The notes beneath the pieces are model-generated. The model was not told where the DNA came from, searched no databases, and saw only the letters and a list, made by a program, of their open reading frames with translations. Below are positions 10,056 to 19,024 of a DNA stretch of 64,000 nt, piece by piece; position 1 is the first letter of the stretch; every line of letters starts with the position of its first letter. This DNA is from an uncultured Gammaproteobacteria bacterium (GTDB lineage: Bacteria; Pseudomonadota; Gammaproteobacteria; Steroidobacterales; Rariloculaceae): positions 212-64,211 of the forward strand of contig CAXYEE010000017.1 in the NCBI GenBank assembly GCA_964276105.1, read 5' to 3'. The position numbers and the translations under genes were made by a program.

Positions 10056-11408
10056 ATGGTTGTAGCAATTGCGATAATCTTATTGGTTGTGGGCAGCATT
10101 CTCTTCCACTTCTTAAGCCCTTGGTATTTCACTCCAATCGCCTCCAATTGGGAGCTAATTGACTTCACTGTAAGCATTACATTCGTTGTCACTGGTATCG
10201 TGTTTGTTGCTACTAATCTTTTCATGGCTTACTGCATAATCCGATACAGACACAGGAAAGGACATAGAGCAGACTACAATCCTGAGGACACTAAATTAGA
10301 AGGTTGGCTCACCATAATCACAACATTGGGCGTTGCAGCAATGTTGGCTCCTGGACTTGCTGTATGGGGCGACTTTGTCACGGTTCCAGATGACGCAGCG
10401 GAATTCGAAGCGGTTGGCCAACAGTGGCACTGGACGTACCGTTTCCCCGGTGAAGATCAACAATTTGGTAATGTAGATATACGTCACATTACCGAAGAGA
10501 ACGCTTTTGGAATGGACCCAGAGGATCCCGCAGGTCAGGATGATATTCTTGTGGAGAGCCCCATTGTCCACCTTCCAGTTGATCAACCAACACGAGCATG
10601 GCTTCGTTCTAAAGATGTTCTCCATGATTTTGCGGTGCCGCAGTTTCGCGTAAAAATGGACCTGGTGCCTGGGCATGTTTCTTATACGTGGTTCACACCT
10701 ACTGTTGTCGGGGAATACGAAGTTCTTTGTGAAGAACTTTGCGGAATGGCTCATTTCGCCATGAGGGGTAGGGTAGTAGTTGATGAGCCAGATGATTTCG
10801 ATTCTTGGTTAGAAGAGCAGCCAACCTATGCGGAACTCCTGGCTCAAGGGCCTGGCGATCTAACACTTGGTCAGGCAAGTTACGGTCTGTGTGCTGCTTG
10901 CCATGGCCCAAAAGGTGGGGGCATGCAGGCCCTTAATGCTCCTCGGATTGCAGGTCTTAACAAGCGTTACTTGGAACGACAGCTGAGCTACTACCGTGAT
11001 GGCGTACGTGGCACACATGAACTAGACACTGCCGGTGCAATGATGCGTCCTATTTTAGCTGCACTGCCAAACGAAACCGCGATACGCAATGTTTCAGCAT
11101 ATATAGAAACTCTGGTTCCTGAGACTCCTCCAGCTAATGTGTTAGGAGATACAGAACGAGGCGCAGAACTTTATGCAAATTGCGTATCCTGCCATGGAAA
11201 GGAAGGCCAAGGCATTTGGACTATGAATGCGCCTGCACTGGCAGGACAACATGACTGGTATATAGCCGCTCAACTAAGAAACTTCAGAGAAGGAATTCGT
11301 GGATCACACCGTATGGATCTTTATGGCGATCAGATGATGATGCTAGCAGATGCTATACCAGAAGAAAAAGATGTTAACGATATCCTCGCATATCTGAATA
11401 CCTTATAG
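10056..11408 (+). CDS. coxB: Cytochrome c oxidase subunit II with C-terminal dihaem cytochrome c domain
   Basis: Two N-terminal TM helices; CuA site HDFAVPQF...CEELCGMAHFAM; two CXXCH motifs (CAACH, CVSCH). SD AAGGA lies 9 nt upstream; only 46 nt after azurin with no hairpin. Confidence 0.92.
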   Translation: MVVAIAIILLVVGSILFHFLSPWYFTPIASNWELIDFTVSITFVVTGIVFVATNLFMAYCIIRYRHRKGHRADYNPEDTKLEGWLTIITTLGVAAMLAPGLAVWGDFVTVPDDAAEFEAVGQQWHWTYRFPGEDQQFGNVDIRHITEENAFGMDPEDPAGQDDILVESPIVHLPVDQPTRAWLRSKDVLHDFAVPQFRVKMDLVPGHVSYTWFTPTVVGEYEVLCEELCGMAHFAMRGRVVVDEPDDFDSWLEEQPTYAELLAQGPGDLTLGQASYGLCAACHGPKGGGMQALNAPRIAGLNKRYLERQLSYYRDGVRGTHELDTAGAMMRPILAALPNETAIRNVSAYIETLVPETPPANVLGDTERGAELYANCVSCHGKEGQGIWTMNAPALAGQHDWYIAAQLRNFREGIRGSHRMDLYGDQMMMLADAIPEEKDVNDILAYLNTL

Positions 11409-11492
11409 ACAATTCGACTTTAATTTAATAATGAATAAAAAAATTAACGCTCATCATCTAAATTTAGATTTTAAGTCTGAAAGGAATCACTG

Positions 11493-13253
11493 ATGGCTTA
11501 TGTTGCATTCGCAGATAGCGACTCACACTCCCATGATCCAGATACATTTATTACAAAGTATATTTGGAGTCAGGACCATAAGGTAATTGCAATACAGTAT
11601 GCAATTACTGCTATAAGCGTTGGCATAGTTGCTCTTGTGCTATCGCTTTTGTTTCGATTACAACTAGGTTTCCCAGATAGCTTTTCGCTTGTCCAACCTA
11701 ATGAGTATTACCAGTATGTGACCATGCATGGGATGATCATGGTTGTTTATCTCCTGACAGCTCTGTTTCTAGGGGGTTTTGGAAACTATCTAATCCCATT
11801 AATGTGCGGTGCCCGAGACATGGTGTTCCCGTACCTAAACATGCTCAGCTTCTGGTTTTACCTGTTGAGCGTTATTGTGCTTATGTCTAGCTTCTTTGTC
11901 CCTGGTGGGCCTACGGGTGCAGGTTGGACCCTTTACCCCCCTCAGTCCATTAGTCCTGGAACGCCAGGTGTTGACGGTGGCATTGTATTAATGATCCTAT
12001 CACTAGCGATCTTCATCGTTGCCTTCACGATGGGCGGACTAAACTATGTCACAACCGTACTTCAGGCACGAGCACGCGGTATGACATTAATGCGAATGCC
12101 TTTAGCAATCTGGGGAATTTTTGTAGCTACAATTCTAGGGCTATTAGCCTTTCCTGCTCTGCTTGTAGCAGCCATAATGATGTTGCTAGACCGAGTGATA
12201 GGGACTAGCTTTTTTATGCCGGAGATGCTTTCTATGGGCGACGCTACAGAGTATGGCGGTGGCAGCCCAATTCTTTTTCAGCATCTATTCTGGTTCTTTG
12301 GTCACCCCGAAGTATATATCGTAGCCCTGCCAGCTTTCGGCATGGTATCTGATGTACTTAGTGTGCACGCTCGAAAAAATATTTTTGGGTACCGAATGAT
12401 GGTCTGGGCTATTGTCGCTATTGGCGCGCTCAGTTTTGTCGTCTGGGCACATCATATGTATGTAAGTGGAATGAACCCTTACTTTGGTTTTTTCTTTGCC
12501 ACAACGACACTGATTATTGCTGTGCCAACAGCATTAAAAGTGTACAACTGGATCCTAACCCTATGGCGAGGGGATATTCATCTTACGGTACCGATGCTCT
12601 TTGCTATTGGTTTTATATTCACCTTTATCCATGGTGGACTAACAGGTTTATTCTTGGGTAATGTAACTGTTGATTTGCCTTTATCAGATACGTATTTTGT
12701 GATCGGACACTTCCATATGGTGATGGGAGTATCACCAGTCTTGGTTCTCTTCGCAGCAATTTATCATTGGTTCCCAAAAATCACTGGGCGTATGTTTCAC
12801 ACGGGGCTTGGGAAGCTCCATTTCTGGCTAACGCTGCTAGGCACTTATTCAATCTATCTCCCTATGCATTACCTCGGCATTCTAGGTCTTCCGAGACGAT
12901 ATTATGCCTATGGAGACACAGATTTCATTCCAGAGTCTGCTCATTTAATGAATGCTGGAATCACTGTTGCTGCATTGCTAGTTGCTGCCGCTCAGTGTCT
13001 TTTCTTCATTAATGTCATATGGAGTCTTATAAAAGGTAAAGAAGCTGGTCCAAATCCTTGGCGTGCGGCTTCATTAGAATGGCAAACCCCCGATACGCCA
13101 CCAAAACACGGAAACTGGGGTACACAATTGCCCGAGGTTCATCGCTGGCCTTACGATTATAGTGTGCCTGGCGCATCTCAAGATTTTATTCCACAAACCG
13201 TACCAGCTAATTCTGGAGATGCGCCACATAACGAACAGGAAGTGGAAAGCTAA
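11493..13253 (+). CDS. coxA: Cytochrome c oxidase subunit I (A-type haem-copper oxidase)
   Basis: 586 aa; ligand motifs MHGMIMV, WFFGHPEVY, WAHHMY, GHFHMV; D-channel Glu in GHPEVY. Confidence 0.95.
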   Translation: MAYVAFADSDSHSHDPDTFITKYIWSQDHKVIAIQYAITAISVGIVALVLSLLFRLQLGFPDSFSLVQPNEYYQYVTMHGMIMVVYLLTALFLGGFGNYLIPLMCGARDMVFPYLNMLSFWFYLLSVIVLMSSFFVPGGPTGAGWTLYPPQSISPGTPGVDGGIVLMILSLAIFIVAFTMGGLNYVTTVLQARARGMTLMRMPLAIWGIFVATILGLLAFPALLVAAIMMLLDRVIGTSFFMPEMLSMGDATEYGGGSPILFQHLFWFFGHPEVYIVALPAFGMVSDVLSVHARKNIFGYRMMVWAIVAIGALSFVVWAHHMYVSGMNPYFGFFFATTTLIIAVPTALKVYNWILTLWRGDIHLTVPMLFAIGFIFTFIHGGLTGLFLGNVTVDLPLSDTYFVIGHFHMVMGVSPVLVLFAAIYHWFPKITGRMFHTGLGKLHFWLTLLGTYSIYLPMHYLGILGLPRRYYAYGDTDFIPESAHLMNAGITVAALLVAAAQCLFFINVIWSLIKGKEAGPNPWRAASLEWQTPDTPPKHGNWGTQLPEVHRWPYDYSVPGASQDFIPQTVPANSGDAPHNEQEVES

Positions 13254-13928
13254 GTGAATATCTCTCTGCTTTTTGTTGCACTCGGTGTAGCACTCCTGAT
13301 CTGGTGCTTATTAATCAGTCAGCTGCAAACAAAACCTTGGGTCAGTAAAGGCTTGATACAGGAACAAGGTGCTGTGGCTTTGCCTGCATCTAGGGTTGGA
13401 CTTTGGGTTTTTCTAGCCGTCATCACAAGCTTATTTGGACTATTCGCAGTGGTCTATAATATGCGTGCTGAATTTCCAGATTGGCGTCCACTACCCGACC
13501 CTAGCTTGCTCTGGTTCAACACTGCACTATTAATTCTAGGGAGTATCACACTTCAACGAGCACGAAGTGTCTCAGAAAAGCCTAATCTGGAAGGCTTAAA
13601 ATGGAGTCTTACTACGGGTGGTCTATTAACGATCGGGTTTCTTTTTGGCCAACTCATAGCGTGGCGGCAGCTTACTAGTTCAGGTTATTTTTTTACTACT
13701 AACCCTGCAGACGCTTTTTTCTACCTGCTTACCGGTATACATGGCCTTCATTTGCTAGGTGGTCTCTGGTTTTGGGCTCGCGCTAATCTTAAGGTCTGGA
13801 GAAATGTGGCAATGTATAGTGCTGAAGAAGTTGCGCATATACGCTTGAGCGTACAGTTATGTTCAGTCTACTGGCACTATCTACTTTTGATCTGGCTGAT
13901 TTTATTCAGCCTTTTGCTATCAACATAA
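13254..13928 (+). CDS. Divergent cytochrome oxidase subunit III-like protein (CoxO-like)
   Basis: 224 aa polytopic; TGIHGLHLLGG and C-terminal VYWHYLLLIW resemble subunit III. GTG start abuts the coxA stop (TAAGTG). Confidence 0.7.
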   Translation: MNISLLFVALGVALLIWCLLISQLQTKPWVSKGLIQEQGAVALPASRVGLWVFLAVITSLFGLFAVVYNMRAEFPDWRPLPDPSLLWFNTALLILGSITLQRARSVSEKPNLEGLKWSLTTGGLLTIGFLFGQLIAWRQLTSSGYFFTTNPADAFFYLLTGIHGLHLLGGLWFWARANLKVWRNVAMYSAEEVAHIRLSVQLCSVYWHYLLLIWLILFSLLLST

Positions 13929-13942
13929 GGGATTGAATTTGT

Positions 13943-14632
13943 ATGGGATCAAACGTGACTGAATCTCAGAATGCAACCCTACCAGAAGGGCTCCAAGGAC
14001 TTACACACGACTGGTCATCCGATAAACAGGCGTTCTATGTTCCGTGGGGAAAAGCCATGATGTGGTTCTTCCTGCTAAGTGATACTTTTATTTTTGGCTG
14101 CTTCTTAACGTCATATATGAACGTGCGAATGTCCACGCGTGTACCTTGGCCTAACTCAAGTGAGGTTTTCGCTCTTAGCTTTGGTGGCGAGCCAATCCCA
14201 TTAATACTGATTGCCATAATGACGTTTGTTCTTATTACAAGTAGCGGCACCATGGCCCTTGCTGTGAATTATGGTTACCGACAAGACCGCGCCAAAACTG
14301 CTGCATTAATGTTCGTAACAGCAGCCTTTGGCGCAATATTTGTAGGCATGCAAGCATTCGAATGGACAAAGCTAATTGTGGATGAAGGTATTCGCCCTTG
14401 GGGAAATCCAATGGGTGCGCCACAGTTTGGTGCAAGCTTTTTCATGATTACGGGATTCCATGGGCTACACGTATCAATTGGCGTGATTTATCTAGCTGTC
14501 GTCGCACTAAAAGTTCTCAAAGGAGATTACGAAGCATCAGGCAATTATGAAATTGTTGAGATTACTGGTCTTTATTGGCACTTTGTTGACCTCGTTTGGG
14601 TTTTCATCTTCGCATTCTTTTATCTTTGGTAG
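13943..14632 (+). CDS. coxC: Cytochrome c oxidase subunit III
   Basis: ITGFHGLHVSIGV and terminal GLYWHFVDLVWVFIFAFFYLW are canonical subunit III motifs. Confidence 0.9.
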   Translation: MGSNVTESQNATLPEGLQGLTHDWSSDKQAFYVPWGKAMMWFFLLSDTFIFGCFLTSYMNVRMSTRVPWPNSSEVFALSFGGEPIPLILIAIMTFVLITSSGTMALAVNYGYRQDRAKTAALMFVTAAFGAIFVGMQAFEWTKLIVDEGIRPWGNPMGAPQFGASFFMITGFHGLHVSIGVIYLAVVALKVLKGDYEASGNYEIVEITGLYWHFVDLVWVFIFAFFYLW

Positions 14633-14640
14633 GAAATAGC

Positions 14641-14997
14641 ATGGCAACCGAAGGACACCAAGAGCACCCATTAAGCATTTACCTGTGGATTTGGGTATTG
14701 CTATTTGTGCTTAGTACGCTTTCATATCTTGTTGATATTGTTGGGTTCGAAGGCTACCTAAGATGGTCATTAATTATTGTATTTATGTTGGCTAAGGCGG
14801 GACTGATCATTGCGATTTTTATGCATATGATTTGGGAACGTCTAGCGTTAATCTACGCCATACTTGCCCCCCCTCTCTTACTTTCTTTTTTTATTGGTTT
14901 CATGGCAATAGAAGGTGACTACACACTCCTGACTCGATTAGATTTTTTTGGTGAAACAGATTTTGTCGCACAGCATCATTCCGAAGAAGTGCACTAG
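14641..14997 (+). CDS. Prokaryotic cytochrome oxidase subunit IV family protein
   Basis: 118 aa from ATG 14641 (MATEGHQEHPLSIYLWIWVLLFV...). Three TM helices; position after subunit III. The track ORF start at 14596 overlaps coxC and is rejected. Confidence 0.7.
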   Translation: MATEGHQEHPLSIYLWIWVLLFVLSTLSYLVDIVGFEGYLRWSLIIVFMLAKAGLIIAIFMHMIWERLALIYAILAPPLLLSFFIGFMAIEGDYTLLTRLDFFGETDFVAQHHSEEVH

Positions 14998-15006
14998 GAA
15001 ATTACC

Positions 15007-15267
15007 ATGCCTTGGACAATAATTACCCTCATTATTTTTCTTGCTCTCTGGGCTTTAGCCTGGAAAAGCCAACCAAAGCTTGCTCTTGGTATCTTTATCG
15101 GTTTATGCCTAGGGAGCCTATCCGCCTCTTTTATTGGTCCCTACGAATCTTTAGCCGACGTTCCTATCTGGCTGCCTCCACTGCCTTTCATCACAATAAC
15201 CGTAGTGCTTTTAATATACGGCTTGCTCGCTTGGCGGGTTTCAACCAACGACAACGAATCGAACTAA
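15007..15267 (+). CDS. Small hypothetical membrane protein (86 aa, about 3 TM)
   Basis: Hydrophobic helices; SD AGGAA 8 nt upstream; 9 nt after the subunit IV gene. No family recognised. Confidence 0.5.
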   Translation: MPWTIITLIIFLALWALAWKSQPKLALGIFIGLCLGSLSASFIGPYESLADVPIWLPPLPFITITVVLLIYGLLAWRVSTNDNESN

Positions 15268-16631
15268 CGCCCGTAAATAAGTGTCGGTAGCCATGTGGCT
15301 AGCTCGGGAACAAATGCCAGAACAGTTAGCGCTAATAGTTGTATCGCAATAAATGGCATAACACCTCGATATATATCTGTCGTCTCTACAGAATCTGGTG
15401 CAACCCCTCGTAGATAAAATAATGCGAACCCAAATGGGGGGGTTAAAAATGATGTTTGTAAGTTAATCGCAATCATCACGCCAAGCCAAATGGGATCAAT
15501 ACCCATAGTTAACAATATAGGTCCAACAATAGGTACTACAACAAAAGTTATCTCGATGAAATCAAGTATGAATCCAAGAAAAAACATCAGGAGCATAACT
15601 GTCAACATAGCACCAAAAACGCCCCCAGGGAGGCCAAGTAAAAGCTCATGGACTAAGCTATCACCACCATAACCACGAAAAACCAAAGAAAAAATAGATG
15701 CTCCAATTAATATCAAAAAAACCATGCTGCTAACACGAACTGTACTTTCCATTACCTCTTTAAATCTTTGGAAGGAAAACTGTTTTTTAACTAATGCCAA
15801 CAGAAGAGCACCAATAGCGCCCACGCCAGCTGCCTCCGTGGGTGTAGCTAAACCAGCGATGATTGATCCCAGTACTGCGAGAATAAGCATTAGTGGTGGT
15901 GCTAATGCAAACACTATCTGTGTGAGGCTAATAGCCTGAGAATTTGAGTGAGCCGGCATAGTACTAGGTTTCAATAACGCAAGAAAAAGCAGATATGCGA
16001 TATACAGACTAACGAGCATGAACCCCGGTATTAGTGCGCCTAAGAATAAATCTCCCACGGAAATAGTATCCGGCGAAAAAATCCCTTGATCTAACTGAGA
16101 CTGGCTATAAGCAGAAGAAAGCACATCCCCAAGCAAAACGAGAACGATAGATGGAGGAATAATCTGTCCAAGAGTCCCTGAAGCACAGATAGTTCCTGTT
16201 GCAACGGCTGGGTCATATCCACGACGCAGCATTGTTGGAAGGGATAGCAATCCCATTGTGACCACTGTTGCACCTACAATACCCGTGCTAGCTGCAAGCA
16301 ACATACCAACGATGGTGACCGATATCCCCAACCCTCCAGGCAACCTTCCAAACAACAAACTAAGGCTGCTCAGAAGACTCTCAGCAATCCGAGCACGCTC
16401 AAGCGTGATCCCCATAAAAACAAACAGTGGCACCGCCATTAATGTCTCATTACCCATAATGCCAAATATGCGATTAGGCATGGTCCCGAGGAAAGCGGAG
16501 TCAAAAGAACCCAGTAAAACACCAACCCAAGCAAAAATTAATGCGATACCCCCCAGAGAAAACGCTACTGGATATCCTGCTAGCAACACAACAACTGCAA
16601 CAGCAAACATCAAGAGTGCAATCCACTCCAT
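15264..16631 (-). CDS. TRAP transporter large permease (DctM family)
   Basis: 455 aa, about 12 TM, typical DctM N-terminus MEWIALLMF...GYPVAFSLGG; TAATG overlap with the upstream dctQ-like gene. Confidence 0.9.
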   Translation of the reverse strand: MEWIALLMFAVAVVVLLAGYPVAFSLGGIALIFAWVGVLLGSFDSAFLGTMPNRIFGIMGNETLMAVPLFVFMGITLERARIAESLLSSLSLLFGRLPGGLGISVTIVGMLLAASTGIVGATVVTMGLLSLPTMLRRGYDPAVATGTICASGTLGQIIPPSIVLVLLGDVLSSAYSQSQLDQGIFSPDTISVGDLFLGALIPGFMLVSLYIAYLLFLALLKPSTMPAHSNSQAISLTQIVFALAPPLMLILAVLGSIIAGLATPTEAAGVGAIGALLLALVKKQFSFQRFKEVMESTVRVSSMVFLILIGASIFSLVFRGYGGDSLVHELLLGLPGGVFGAMLTVMLLMFFLGFILDFIEITFVVVPIVGPILLTMGIDPIWLGVMIAINLQTSFLTPPFGFALFYLRGVAPDSVETTDIYRGVMPFIAIQLLALTVLAFVPELATWLPTLIYGR

Positions 16632-17179
16632 TAGACTAATTCGCTCTTTGAGGTACGCGGACCTACACGCACCATTCTTTTCTCGGTTAGTACTAAAACA
16701 GAAGAAATTAGGTTTGCAATACCCTGTAAGGTGAGTAATACAGCAGTGAGCGGGATGATGCTCTTAAGTATTGGGACGAACGGATATGGTAGTCCCCCAG
16801 CTTCTCGTGAAGACTCTCTTATAACCCAAGAAATTGACACATAGTCCCAACTTGATATCACAAGAAAGGTTGTTACTGGCAATAGAAAAAGTATCGTGCC
16901 TGCTAGATTAACAACGGCCTTATGGCGGATCGAGAGGCCGCGGTAAAAAATATCGACTCGGACATGTTCATCATTTTTGAGTGTGTAGGCAGCGCCAAGC
17001 ATGAATACCATTGCATGCATCCAAATTATGCTTTCCTGCATAGCAATCCAACCAAGATCAAACGCATAACGAAGAACCACGATAATAAAGGTTCCAGCAA
17101 CCATAAAAATCGTGAGCCACGCCACAGTTGAACCCATGAATTCCACAAACCACTCTAGGGCTTTTCTGATTTTATGCAT
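16631..17179 (-). CDS. TRAP transporter small permease (DctQ family)
   Basis: 182 aa, 4 TM, conserved EHVRVDIF segment; immediately upstream of the DctM-family gene. Confidence 0.85.
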   Translation of the reverse strand: MHKIRKALEWFVEFMGSTVAWLTIFMVAGTFIIVVLRYAFDLGWIAMQESIIWMHAMVFMLGAAYTLKNDEHVRVDIFYRGLSIRHKAVVNLAGTILFLLPVTTFLVISSWDYVSISWVIRESSREAGGLPYPFVPILKSIIPLTAVLLTLQGIANLISSVLVLTEKRMVRVGPRTSKSELV

Positions 17180-17217
17180 TGCCTTCCTTAACTACGCCTT
17201 GCTAGTCGTACTAAAAG

Positions 17218-17541
17218 CTAGCTAGCTTTTTGCAATCGCTTCAGAAAAACCGTCATTTCACGCGCAGCCTGTATATCACCATGCTGGGTAGCCGCCCTGA
17301 TTCCTTTGCGATAGCTGTCAATAGCCTCTTCCGCAAGACCTGCTTCTAACTGTACTTTTCCAAGCAACTTCCAAGCAGCTGAAAATTCGGGATCCTGGAC
17401 TACTGCGCTGCTGAGGTGCTCAATTGCCAGAGGCATCTCTTCCAACTTCGCATACTCAGACCCAAGGGCAAAACGTAAACTTGGGTTATCAGTTCCTCCA
17501 ACTAGTATAGCCTCAAAGCGTTCTACAGCAGTCATGATCAT
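17218..17541 (-). CDS. Small cytoplasmic tetratricopeptide-repeat protein
   Basis: 108 aa from MIMTAVERF. TPR-like A/L/Y periodicity (AIEHLSSAVVQDPEFSAAWKLLGKVQLEAG). ATGA start/stop overlap with trkH. The track start at 17625 is rejected. Confidence 0.6.
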   Translation of the reverse strand: MIMTAVERFEAILVGGTDNPSLRFALGSEYAKLEEMPLAIEHLSSAVVQDPEFSAAWKLLGKVQLEAGLAEEAIDSYRKGIRAATQHGDIQAAREMTVFLKRLQKAS

Positions 17542-18989
17542 GGTCTCCAGAATGTGGGGGTAATCAACACAAGTAATGTAAAAATCTCCAATCGACCTAG
17601 GAGCATTCCACAAACTGCTGACCATTTGCCAACACTGCCAACATCAGAAAAACCTATAGACACCTGCCCTAACCCTGGGCCTAAGTTATTAAGGGTAGCT
17701 GCTACTGCAGCAAACGACGAAACCGGGTCAAGACCACTTGCCAACTGAACGATTAAAAGCACGCCAAAAACAACTACATAAACCGCAAAAAAACCCCAAA
17801 CAGCATTAATCACTCGATGATTAACGCTCTTTGAGCCTAGTTTTACAGGAATCTCGGCGCTTGGGTGGACTAGTCTTTGTACTTCAGTCAAACCCTGTTT
17901 ATACAGGAGCAACCAACGTATTACTTTCATTCCTCCAGCTGTCGACCCAGCACAACCCCCGATAAAGCTAGAAAGTATTAATATTATGGGAAGAGCCCCT
18001 GGCCACACAGAAAAATCGGCTGTAGTAAACCCGGTTGTTGTACCAATTGAAACAACCTGAAAAAGCCCCTTTGTAAAGGTCTCTGACAACGTTGAGTAGT
18101 ATCCACTCAGGTAAAGATAAAGAAGAACAGAGAAACTAACGAAACCAAGAACTTTTACATAAGCGCGAAACTCTGGATCCAGAAAATAACTACCTATGGA
18201 TCGATGCCGCCATGCAAGAAAATGAAGAGAAAAATTTACGCCTGCTATAAACATGAATATAACGGCAATCATATCGATTAGCGTACTATTGAAATGTCCG
18301 ATACTGGCGTCGTAAGTAGAGAAACCTCCAATTGCTACTGTGCTGAAAGCATGGCAAATAGCATCGAACAAACTCATTCCTGCCGCCCAGTAAGAAGCTC
18401 CGCATAAGATGGTGATACCAAGATAGACATACCATAGTGCCTTAGCTGTTTCCGTAATACGCGGTGTTAACCGAGTATCCTTAACAGGCCCTGGTGTCTC
18501 TGCACGATATAACTGCATGCCCCCTACACCCAATATGGGCAAGACTGCTACCGCAAGAACAATTATTCCTAACCCGCCAAACCATTGAAGTTGCTGACGG
18601 TAAAACAAAATTGATTTGGGTAGCGTTTGTAAATCAGATAGTACTGTAGCGCCGGTTGTTGTTAGGCCAGATACAGACTCAAAAACCGCGTTAGTAAATG
18701 TCATCTGAGGATAGTCAACTAGCAAAAATGGCGCTGCACCAAACAGGCCTAGGACGATCCAAAAAAGTGCTACCACTAAAAACCCATCACGCAAACGCAG
18801 CTCACGTTTTTCATGGCGAACAGGCCACCAAATAACCAGGCCTGATCCAAGAATAATCAAGAAAGATCCAATAAAAGCTGGCCAAGAATTATCGGAAAAA
18901 ATAAGTGAGACCAAAGCTGGCACTAACATAGCGCTGCTGAACATAGTCAACAGCAATCCTAGGACTCGCTGAACAGCTGATCTAGTCAT
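17538..18989 (-). CDS. trkH: Trk potassium uptake system membrane subunit TrkH
   Basis: 483 aa polytopic; repeated selectivity-filter-like segments (SGLTTTGATV, GGFSTYDAS, IGTTTGFT, NNLGPGLG). Confidence 0.92.
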   Translation of the reverse strand: MTRSAVQRVLGLLLTMFSSAMLVPALVSLIFSDNSWPAFIGSFLIILGSGLVIWWPVRHEKRELRLRDGFLVVALFWIVLGLFGAAPFLLVDYPQMTFTNAVFESVSGLTTTGATVLSDLQTLPKSILFYRQQLQWFGGLGIIVLAVAVLPILGVGGMQLYRAETPGPVKDTRLTPRITETAKALWYVYLGITILCGASYWAAGMSLFDAICHAFSTVAIGGFSTYDASIGHFNSTLIDMIAVIFMFIAGVNFSLHFLAWRHRSIGSYFLDPEFRAYVKVLGFVSFSVLLYLYLSGYYSTLSETFTKGLFQVVSIGTTTGFTTADFSVWPGALPIILILSSFIGGCAGSTAGGMKVIRWLLLYKQGLTEVQRLVHPSAEIPVKLGSKSVNHRVINAVWGFFAVYVVVFGVLLIVQLASGLDPVSSFAAVAATLNNLGPGLGQVSIGFSDVGSVGKWSAVCGMLLGRLEIFTLLVLITPTFWRP

Positions 18990-19024
18990 TTTTAGAAAGA
19001 GCTATACTCATGTTCATAAGAGGT

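Noticed and set aside
10296-10754. 152-aa ORF antisense to coxB
   Set aside because: It is a shadow ORF inside a CDS with intact CuA and haem-c motifs. The translation is low-complexity and Cys/Arg-rich.
15012-15290. 92-aa ORF in an alternative plus-strand frame overlapping the 86-aa membrane protein ORF
   Set aside because: The translation is Arg-rich and non-hydrophobic with no RBS. The 15007 frame has an SD and coherent TM helices.
16258-16734. 158-aa ORF antisense to dctM/dctQ
   Set aside because: It is a shadow frame spanning two real genes. Its Pro/Thr/Asn-rich sequence has no motifs.
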